A stretch of 64,000 nt of DNA, taken from IMG/VR virus record IMGVR_UViG_3300045988_129927; one strand, 5' to 3'. How positions within the stretch are numbered: position 1 is the stretch's first letter; every line of letters starts with the position of its first letter. Origin of the DNA: a virus. Position numbers and translations under genes: made by a program. The notes beneath the pieces were generated by a model. That model was given only the letters and a program-made list of their open reading frames with translations, was not told where the DNA came from and made no database searches. Shown piece by piece: positions 52,419 to 59,805 of this stretch.

Positions 52419-54215
52419 ATGGCTGAAATAGTCGGTACTCAATGTCGTAACGTTATTTACTTAGCAAATCAAGCTGCTAAGAATGCAGTCTTAAGTGAAA
52501 AGATTGGCAATAGAGAAACAGACGTACATTTAGTTAAGATTACGGATTATCTTGACGATGGTACAGTAGATAGAAAAATTAAACTAATTAAAGACTTTAA
52601 AAAGACTTTTTGGGTATGTACACCTAAGAATAGAAACCATAAACAAAAGAAAGAACGTTTTCCTATTTCAGAGTGTGAAGAGATTCGTGTACCTAGAAAA
52701 GAGATGTTAACTGCAGCAATGAATTCTTTAGGTATTAAGAACTTTGGTCAACGTATCTCTCCTTCTGATATTCTAAGAGGCCCTTATGTTTACGGTACTG
52801 ATTTAAGTTCATCTGCTGAACTAAAGTATAAATACAATCATGGTGAGTTAGCCAGTAAGACTGAAAAATTAGCTGACGTTGCAGCATTTGACGTGGAAAC
52901 CAATATCCGTAATAAAGATAAATACGAGCATATTGAAATGGCTACATTGTCCATGAAAGATACTGTGGTTACTGTCGTAGATATTAACTTTATTCGTGGT
53001 AAATTTCCTAATATCTCTAAAGAAAAAGCATTGGAGACTTTATATAAGTACGATGAGATTTACTTAGGAGAAGTGAATAAAGAAAGAAATATTAAACAAG
53101 AGTTTTATGTAGTCGATTCTGAAATCGAGGTTGTTAAGAAAATCTTTGAAAGAGCGCATGAGTTAAAGCCTGATTTCATTAGTGCTTGGAACATGGATTA
53201 CGATGTACGCAGAACTATTGAAGCTTGTGAGAGAGCTGATGTAAAAGTGTCTGATATATTATCCGACCCATCTGTACCTCCTGCTTTTAGATTCTTTGAT
53301 TATAATCCTGGTAAAGAATCTGCATTAAGTAAAAAAGGTGTATGGAAAAACTTAGCTAACTTTGAGAAGTGGCCACAAGTCAATGTACCTGCTAGTTTTA
53401 CTTTTATTGATAGCATGTGTTATTACTATAACTCTCGTAAACATAAAGGTAAATTACCTAAGTATTCATTAGACTATATTTTGTCTATTGAATTTCCTGA
53501 TGAAATTAAACCTGGTATGTCTGAAAAAGAAATTGCTAGAGCTAATCGAAACAGTAAGATTCGTAAATTAAAGTTTGACGAAAGTAGTCACTTGATTGGT
53601 ACTGTGGATTGGCATATCTTCATGCAAAGTAATTATCCATTTGAATATATCATCTATAATAAGTTTGACTGCATTGCATTAGAATATTTAGATGAACAAA
53701 CCATGGATATTTCACACAGTGTTGTATCAGCATGTGAATCTAGTGATTATAAAGACTTTGATTCAGAACCTAAACGATTAGCAGATGATATGCACTGGTT
53801 TAATCTAGAGAGAGGTTATGCTTACGGTACAGGTGGTGCAAATAATGAAATACCATTAGACAGTGAGTTGATTGGGCGTGATGATTGGATTATTACATTA
53901 CGTGCTGATTTATTAATTGCTGAAGGTAATAATTTATTTGAAGATGCTCGCGGTTTAAAAACATTAGTATTTAGAGACAATGCTGACATTGACGTAACAT
54001 CTAGTTATCCAAATGGCAATAGTGCTTTAAATACTTCTCGTGAAACCATGACTAAAGAGTTAATCAGTATTGACCATGTAGATGAAAGATGGAGAAGACA
54101 AAGTGGTATTAACATGAGTGGTGGATTTGTTAATGCTGTAGAAATATCATGTCAACTATTTAATGCACCTACTATGGTAAATATGTTAGAAGAATACAGA
54201 AGACAAAAAAAATAA
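52419..54215 (+). CDS. family-B DNA polymerase, N-terminal fragment (3'-5' exonuclease domain plus polymerase motif A; 598 aa)
   Basis: Exo I is AAFDVETN, Exo II is ISAWNMDYDVRRT and Exo III is YNKFDCIALEYL. Motif A is DIDVTSSYPNG (compare T4/RB69 DLTSLYPS). The ORF ends about 60 aa later, without motif B (K...NS.YG) or motif C (DTDS). Confidence 0.75.
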   Translation: MAEIVGTQCRNVIYLANQAAKNAVLSEKIGNRETDVHLVKITDYLDDGTVDRKIKLIKDFKKTFWVCTPKNRNHKQKKERFPISECEEIRVPRKEMLTAAMNSLGIKNFGQRISPSDILRGPYVYGTDLSSSAELKYKYNHGELASKTEKLADVAAFDVETNIRNKDKYEHIEMATLSMKDTVVTVVDINFIRGKFPNISKEKALETLYKYDEIYLGEVNKERNIKQEFYVVDSEIEVVKKIFERAHELKPDFISAWNMDYDVRRTIEACERADVKVSDILSDPSVPPAFRFFDYNPGKESALSKKGVWKNLANFEKWPQVNVPASFTFIDSMCYYYNSRKHKGKLPKYSLDYILSIEFPDEIKPGMSEKEIARANRNSKIRKLKFDESSHLIGTVDWHIFMQSNYPFEYIIYNKFDCIALEYLDEQTMDISHSVVSACESSDYKDFDSEPKRLADDMHWFNLERGYAYGTGGANNEIPLDSELIGRDDWIITLRADLLIAEGNNLFEDARGLKTLVFRDNADIDVTSSYPNGNSALNTSRETMTKELISIDHVDERWRRQSGINMSGGFVNAVEISCQLFNAPTMVNMLEEYRRQKK

Positions 54216-54222
54216 CTAAAAA

Positions 54223-54254
54223 AATAGACTAGGGGGTGTTCTCCCTAGTCTATT
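54223..54254. terminator. bidirectional terminator; arms identical to the hairpin at 55107
   Basis: 12-bp stem (aatagactaggg / ccctagtctatt). Confidence 0.65.
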
Positions 54255-54267
54255 TACTTTCCTTATG

Positions 54268-54945
54268 TTAACCCATAATAGGTTTGAACATATGGAAGTT
54301 TTCACGAATGTACTCCATGCGAGCTTCAGCATCGGCTTTTATTTCAGCAGCGTCTTTGCAGACTTTCAGAGCCACTGGGTACATTGTCGATAATACATTT
54401 GCAATATCGTCAGCTGTACCAGTACCGAGGCGCACACAGTCGAAGCAATAGGCATCAATCTCTGCTTCGTATTGAACCTGTTCTAGCTCTTTAAGGAGTG
54501 CTTGCATCTTCGGTGTTGCAAAGTAAAGACCAGACAATTCCGTATTAACTTCACGAATGGTACGACCATCCAGATAGAAGTTTCTGAATTGTACTGCGTG
54601 TAGAAGTTCGTGAGGCAAGATGTTTTTATCAACATTCAACATTGCCTTGAGCTGTTTACGCAAGTTCTTAGAGAAAATACTACAGAAAGCAAAGAATGCT
54701 TTCAGAGTAGGGTTAAGGAACTTAATAATTACCTTATCCTTATCTGCAAGGTACGCACCTTGCATATTATAATTTCTCATGAATTCACGTTCAGAATCTC
54801 TTAAGAAGTTCATGCTTCCTAGATTATCTGCGGTTACGATTGTCTTACCACCATATCTCTTTTGAAACCATTTTTGACGGTCTACTTTTACATCAAGGTT
54901 AGTGAACATGGATTCGTTGTATTGAAAGTTAAATTTGATAGCCAT
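54268..54945 (-). CDS. HExxH metallopeptidase-like protein (225 aa)
   Basis: LPHELLHAVQF is an HExxH motif and resembles the HEL[TA]HV.Q signature of DUF4157-type domains (from memory). Locally higher G+C. Preceded by the 64-bp leader shared with the gene at 38525. Confidence 0.6.
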   Translation of the reverse strand: MAIKFNFQYNESMFTNLDVKVDRQKWFQKRYGGKTIVTADNLGSMNFLRDSEREFMRNYNMQGAYLADKDKVIIKFLNPTLKAFFAFCSIFSKNLRKQLKAMLNVDKNILPHELLHAVQFRNFYLDGRTIREVNTELSGLYFATPKMQALLKELEQVQYEAEIDAYCFDCVRLGTGTADDIANVLSTMYPVALKVCKDAAEIKADAEARMEYIRENFHMFKPIMG

Positions 54946-55006
54946 AGTAAACTCCTTAAGTTTGTTGTTGAAAGAATTAAATTGGAAAGATTCCTCTCTC
55001 TTTCCA
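54943..55006 (-). repeat. 64-bp leader repeat, copy 2
   Basis: Identical 64 nt to 39080-39143, checked base by base. Confidence 0.9.
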
Positions 55007-55027
55007 TTTTAATAGTATATATCTGAA
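55007..55027 (-). promoter_or_regulatory. promoter-like motif, same class
   Basis: Minus strand reads ttcagatatatactattaaaa. It abuts element copy C and is followed by the 64-bp shared leader. Confidence 0.5.
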
Positions 55028-55088
55028 TTAATCTAAATTAATTCAGACGACTTAGATACTTTGTATCGTAAGTTATTTGAAATAAAAT
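55021..55088. repeat. structured intergenic element, copy C
   Basis: atctgaattaat-cta-aattaattcag-aCGACTTAGatac-ttt-gtatCGTAAGTTAT-ttgaaataaaat. Confidence 0.6.
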
Positions 55089-55106
55089 AAAATGTATTAG
55101 AGTATA

Positions 55107-55142
55107 TTAATAGACTAGGGTAATGTTACCCTAGTCTATTAA
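55107..55142 (-). terminator. hairpin terminator; arms identical to the hairpin at 54223
   Basis: About 15-bp stem built on the same aatagactaggg / ccctagtctatt arms. Confidence 0.6.
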
Positions 55143-55152
55143 TATTTATTCT

Positions 55153-55389
55153 TTAGTCATTCAACATTCTGTTAAGCTTAAGCATATTTTCATTGATGAA
55201 TTTCAAACGAACTTTATCAGTAATCATTTTATCACCTTGCTCTTTCAGTTCATTGTGGCGTTTTTCAGCTGCACGATATACACTACCATCATCAGTATAA
55301 GCGTACCAGAAATCAAACCCATCGTACTTCTTAACGTATTCTTTTTCTACGTCAGTTAATACGAAGTTTTCTAAAGTATAATTTTCCAT
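55153..55389 (-). CDS. hypothetical protein (78 aa, start revised)
   Basis: ATG at 55389 (MENYTLENF...) follows the TATATAAAGGAAACTAAA leader. The track start at 55422 lies inside the leader. Confidence 0.6.
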   Translation of the reverse strand: MENYTLENFVLTDVEKEYVKKYDGFDFWYAYTDDGSVYRAAEKRHNELKEQGDKMITDKVRLKFINENMLKLNRMLND

Positions 55390-55429
55390 TTTAGTTTCCT
55401 TTATATAAAGATTAAGAGACAATTCTCAA

Positions 55430-55450
55430 TTTAATAGTATAGATTTAAAA
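55430..55450 (-). promoter_or_regulatory. promoter-like motif, same class
   Basis: Minus strand reads ttttaaatctatactattaaa. Confidence 0.5.
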
Positions 55451-55462
55451 ATAAACATAATA

Positions 55463-55505
55463 CTATTACTACTAGACTACCCAATAGGTAGTCTAGTAGT
55501 AATAG
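55463..55505 (-). terminator. hairpin terminator
   Basis: 19-bp perfect stem (ctattactactagactacc / ggtagtctagtagtaatag). Confidence 0.6.
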
Positions 55506-55510
55506 TCTTT

Positions 55511-55993
55511 TTAACGAAGTGCTTTTTGTAATTTATCTACTAATACAGAAACTGTATCTTTAATTCTTTGGTTAGAGCAATTGTTGATTTTCAAAATCTG
55601 GTTAATTTGTTTTGCACAAACACCAATCATTTTGCCCATTGCCATGTAATCGACATAGGTATTACTACGTGCAATATAGATATCTGTAAACTCAATACCT
55701 TTTTCATGGTCTTCGTAAATATCTACCACTGAATTAAAATGCTTAAATGAAGTACGAATAGGAATAGGTGTCATTGCCAGACTATGGTAAACATAAATAC
55801 GGATTTGTTTATCATAAGGCATTTTGTTTCCACGATAAGATTTACCGGTTACAAAAAGTTCACCATTTTCACTAATTTGGTATAGCATATCAATTGTAGG
55901 AGAGATACGTTTATCAATATTGCGAAAAACTGGAATTTCTTTTTTAGGTTGTTTCACTTTAAATTTCCCTATAGTTTTTTGAGTAAGTAACAT
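55511..55993 (-). CDS. possible degenerate HNH/NUMOD4-type homing-endonuclease-like DNA-binding protein (160 aa)
   Basis: YQISENGELFVTGKSYRG resembles the NUMOD4 Y.VSN.G.V.S pattern. VYHSLAMTPIP resembles HNH_3 vHrlVaeaFIPNP. The C-terminus has an HTH-like GKMIGVCAKQINQILK. No intact HNH catalytic motif was seen. Confidence 0.3.
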   Translation of the reverse strand: MLLTQKTIGKFKVKQPKKEIPVFRNIDKRISPTIDMLYQISENGELFVTGKSYRGNKMPYDKQIRIYVYHSLAMTPIPIRTSFKHFNSVVDIYEDHEKGIEFTDIYIARSNTYVDYMAMGKMIGVCAKQINQILKINNCSNQRIKDTVSVLVDKLQKALR

Positions 55994-56020
55994 TTGTCGA
56001 TTCCCTTGGTTAGAAGTAAG

Positions 56021-57586
56021 TTATGTTAAAATGTTGTCATAACTTATATCTTTCACAGGGTGCATTTTGCCTTTAAAGATACGGGTTCTTTTGGCTATAT
56101 CATAATTACGGTGGGGTGGAATATTATCACAGACTAAATAAACGAAACTATGCTCTACATCTTCTGGTAGTTTACGTAAACGACCGGCAATCTGTAGATT
56201 AGTTTGTGTAGAGTTAATAGCGTTAGTCATGATAACGGTAGCCAGTTCCGGAATATCGTGTCCAGTGCCAGCACCCAATACTGTAGATACGCAAATATCA
56301 CTGGTATATAAGTTATCTACTGTATCATCTTCAACGTAACTGGTTACTTTCTTATTAGGGTATAATTCAGCTAGATACTTAGATAAGTCTTTTGCCATCT
56401 TAATCGTACCTACTGTAATCAGTAATTTAAAATTTGGATTAATTTCGTATTTAGGAAAATGAATGTCTTCAATAATTGAAACAATCATGTTATAATATTG
56501 CTTCAATAATGTTTTCTTTTTCATGAGTGATTTCTCAAAAGCAGTTTGAGAATATCCTCTAAAACCTTCGGTACGAATACCATTTAAACTACCTAGTTTA
56601 TACTTAAATGCTAATGGTTGAATATAAGATACATGTACTTTTTGTACATAACGTCTTTCTATTGGAAAGAGTAGTTTTGACATTCTGTCTACAAATTTAT
56701 CATCTGCCACTGGTGTGGCTGATAAACCAAATACTCTTTTAGCACCTAAATAAGAAACAAACTTACAGTTTAAGTGATGGTCAAAGTGAGCCTCGTCAAT
56801 TACTAAATCATTTACACCTAGTAGTCTAGGAAATTCCTGTGGTGTACAGTTAAACCCTAAGTCTTTAAATTCTTCTAAACTATATTCCTCGTAATATTTA
56901 ATAAAATTCATTAGAGTCTTAGAAGAAATCAAAATAGCTTTATAAGGGTTTCTATTTTCAGCCAAACAGATATTGATAAATGATTTCAATTCATCTGAAC
57001 CTTGAATACGGATTAAATCTTTCTTTAAATCAATATTATAAGTTTTATAAAAGTCTTTAATCCAACCACTGTCTTGGTTTTTACCTAAGTATTGTGGTCT
57101 CATGATACCGACAAATCTTTCTTTCATCTTTTCAATAACAAACATTGAGATAAGACTTTTACCTTGTCCTGTTTGCAGGTGTCCTAATACACAACCTGAA
57201 TCAAAACTTAACAAAAAATCAATCACGTCTTGCTGTTCACCACGTGGAGACCATCCTTCTTTAATAGTAGGATAGTAATCATCCACAATATTGTCAATAT
57301 CTTTATACTCCAATTGAAAATCTATTCCTTCTTTATACCGGAACATTTTCAAGTGACCAATTAAATCATTTAACATAGTACGCATGATTCTTACTTCACG
57401 TCTATCGTTAGTAAAAAATACATACCCAGCCATGGGCACACGCACTTTCTTTCTTTGTCTTTTATCGTAATATTCGCTCCAGCGCAAGTAGTTTCTTGCA
57501 AATGCGCGAACTTGGTTATTGTCATCCTGATTACGAGGATATATAATAACCTGTAATGGATAGACTTCAATCTTCATTGCTGTCAT
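56021..57586 (-). CDS. superfamily-2 DEAH-box helicase (521 aa)
   Basis: Walker A is LQTGQGKSLI. Motif II is LVIDEAHF. Motif III is GLSATP. Motif VI is QIAGRLRK. Confidence 0.8.
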   Translation of the reverse strand: MTAMKIEVYPLQVIIYPRNQDDNNQVRAFARNYLRWSEYYDKRQRKKVRVPMAGYVFFTNDRREVRIMRTMLNDLIGHLKMFRYKEGIDFQLEYKDIDNIVDDYYPTIKEGWSPRGEQQDVIDFLLSFDSGCVLGHLQTGQGKSLISMFVIEKMKERFVGIMRPQYLGKNQDSGWIKDFYKTYNIDLKKDLIRIQGSDELKSFINICLAENRNPYKAILISSKTLMNFIKYYEEYSLEEFKDLGFNCTPQEFPRLLGVNDLVIDEAHFDHHLNCKFVSYLGAKRVFGLSATPVADDKFVDRMSKLLFPIERRYVQKVHVSYIQPLAFKYKLGSLNGIRTEGFRGYSQTAFEKSLMKKKTLLKQYYNMIVSIIEDIHFPKYEINPNFKLLITVGTIKMAKDLSKYLAELYPNKKVTSYVEDDTVDNLYTSDICVSTVLGAGTGHDIPELATVIMTNAINSTQTNLQIAGRLRKLPEDVEHSFVYLVCDNIPPHRNYDIAKRTRIFKGKMHPVKDISYDNILT

Positions 57587-57608
57587 GTGTTATTCTCCAT
57601 AAGGGTGT

Positions 57609-57645
57609 ATAACCACCACCCCTATGGAGGAAGGGGTGGTGTTAT
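57609..57645 (-). terminator. hairpin terminator
   Basis: 13-bp GC-rich stem (ataaccaccaccc / gggtggtggttat, allowing for imperfect ends). Confidence 0.55.
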
Positions 57646-57646
57646 C

Positions 57647-59737
57647 TTAACGTTTATTTATTAAATCACTATAGGTATATTCAGGTTGCTCTAATAGATT
57701 AAAGTATTCTAAGTTCATTTGTTCTGGAACAAAGAATTCATCCATAGGACAATCTGACCTATTGGTATAGATATAGGAATTAGGACTTGCCAGTGTTCTA
57801 CCTTGTTTTTCATAAGAAAGAGCACCAGATAAACTACGACCCCAAATCAATTGGTCCATCGTACCCACGCCGTGACCTGTGTGTGGCTTAGGCAGTGAGA
57901 AGTCTTTATTCACAATATCCGTACCTAGCATAGTATATGCTAATACCTGAAGAATGGATAGATTAATTCCTAACTTACTATTTACTGCATCTGATAACTC
58001 CATTAAGAACATCTCTGGTGTTACTGATACAGCACGTTGTTTGATTTCCTTAACTGAAGACTTAATCATCTTTTCCAATCCTTTTGCATATTTATACATA
58101 TCGGATTGTTTCGGAGTAATTTCAACAATAGGTCGATTGGTATCAAAATCAATCATCTCAATTTCTACCATACCATCATCTGTAATTGTCCAACCATTGT
58201 CTTTCATGTACTTCAGTGTTTCCATAGACAGATAACCTACATCTGTAATAGGAACAACATCGACAATTTCTTCAGTTACAGAACCATCCTTTGCAGTAAA
58301 TAGAAGTTTAATACGATTGATGTGTGAAGTACGTCTTGCTGACAATACACCTACATCACGTACATTGCTGATATCTGAAATACCATCAATAGCTTCTTCG
58401 GAAATGATCAACTTAATAGAAGTAAAGTTCTTCTTGATATCGTCTTTCAGACCAGTAGCTAAACCGTCTTTCATTAACTTCATGAATTTTTGTACATGGT
58501 CAGTCAATTCAATCAAAGCACCAATAGCTGATGAAGTATGGTGTTTTGTAGACAATACCAACTGCGTGATAATTTGTGTAAACGAAATAATGGCAAAGTG
58601 TCCTACATTACGATATTTTGGTACACTGCGGGACGCTTGACCAAAACAAGTAGAACATACACCTTGTGGGTCAGAATGCTGACAACCAAAGATGGTTCTT
58701 ACTTTAATTCGTTTACCAATTAAATGGTGGTCTGTTTTCTTAATAGGTTTTAAGATAGGTTCTAATTTACCGTTTACTTCTACTTCATCAGCAACATAAT
58801 ACATACCTTCTAGGAATTCCAAATCTGAAATCACATAGCCATCTCGATTGTCTCGTACCTGGAATTCAAAATAATATTCAGAACCACAGTCACCAAAGTG
58901 TAGATTTCTCAATTCCATGCCAATGAATTGTACACGTCGAGAAAAATACTCTGTAAACTTCAATGGAGCAGATTGGTTATTCAGAGACATTGCTGCTGTA
59001 CGTGATTCAATTAATCTATCGTACATTCTGTGGAAGCCGTCCATATAACCATCCTGAATAGGTTCGTTAAAGATATCAGAGTTAATATCCGTTACAGAAC
59101 CACGGGGGCCAAAACATTGCATCAATTGTGGAATCTTAATCACACTTGAACGCATCATGATGGAAATGTTATTGTATTTGTGTTTTTCTGAAGTCATTAC
59201 CTTTTGTTTGCGCTTATAAATACTGGCAATGTAATGTGGATCTTTTACCGTATTTGCGTTAACTGGATAATCCTTCTTAATCTTAATAATCTCAGGGTCA
59301 AATTCGATATCTAAGATGTCTTCAATGTTCATCGACATATGGTATTTTGCACGATGAATTTGTACATCATTAAAGATATCGTTAAATGCCCTCATGTATT
59401 CTTCCCATACTTCAGATTGCAAAGCCCATGCTTGTTCATTGGTATCCATTGGATAGATATCAAATACACTGTTTACAATCTTAGAAAGAAATAAACGAAA
59501 CGACGTAGGTGTAAAAGAGAGTTCGTCTTTCATGTAAGATGAAATAAAATGCTCTTTAGTGATTGGGACATTGGGAAACTTTTTAATGATTTCCCATCCG
59601 TATCGTGAGATTGCAACTTGTGTCCCTGTTGTATCGATTACTTCGCCGTCGTCAAACTGTAGTTTAAACTTACCGACAAAGTTCTCCAATACATCGATAG
59701 GACTTGCATCTAGTATTTTCCTTGCAGCTAATTGCAT
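57647..59737 (-). CDS. multisubunit RNA polymerase beta-prime-like subunit, C-terminal part (696 aa)
   Basis: GCQHSDPQGVCSTCFGQASRSVPKYRNVGHFAIISFTQIITQLVLSTKHHTSS aligns by eye with E. coli beta-prime [50 protein letters not shown]. That region is the Zn-site Cys cluster plus the bridge helix. Confidence 0.75.
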   Translation of the reverse strand: MQLAARKILDASPIDVLENFVGKFKLQFDDGEVIDTTGTQVAISRYGWEIIKKFPNVPITKEHFISSYMKDELSFTPTSFRLFLSKIVNSVFDIYPMDTNEQAWALQSEVWEEYMRAFNDIFNDVQIHRAKYHMSMNIEDILDIEFDPEIIKIKKDYPVNANTVKDPHYIASIYKRKQKVMTSEKHKYNNISIMMRSSVIKIPQLMQCFGPRGSVTDINSDIFNEPIQDGYMDGFHRMYDRLIESRTAAMSLNNQSAPLKFTEYFSRRVQFIGMELRNLHFGDCGSEYYFEFQVRDNRDGYVISDLEFLEGMYYVADEVEVNGKLEPILKPIKKTDHHLIGKRIKVRTIFGCQHSDPQGVCSTCFGQASRSVPKYRNVGHFAIISFTQIITQLVLSTKHHTSSAIGALIELTDHVQKFMKLMKDGLATGLKDDIKKNFTSIKLIISEEAIDGISDISNVRDVGVLSARRTSHINRIKLLFTAKDGSVTEEIVDVVPITDVGYLSMETLKYMKDNGWTITDDGMVEIEMIDFDTNRPIVEITPKQSDMYKYAKGLEKMIKSSVKEIKQRAVSVTPEMFLMELSDAVNSKLGINLSILQVLAYTMLGTDIVNKDFSLPKPHTGHGVGTMDQLIWGRSLSGALSYEKQGRTLASPNSYIYTNRSDCPMDEFFVPEQMNLEYFNLLEQPEYTYSDLINKR

Positions 59738-59771
59738 GTTGTTTTCCTTTATAAAACAATAGGTCCAACAT

Positions 59772-59790
59772 ATTAATAGTATATATCAGA
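59772..59790 (-). promoter_or_regulatory. promoter-like motif, same class
   Basis: Minus strand reads tctgatatatactattaat. It lies upstream of the RNAP beta-prime-like gene. Confidence 0.45.
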
Positions 59791-59805
59791 CCTATTATTC
59801 ATTTT

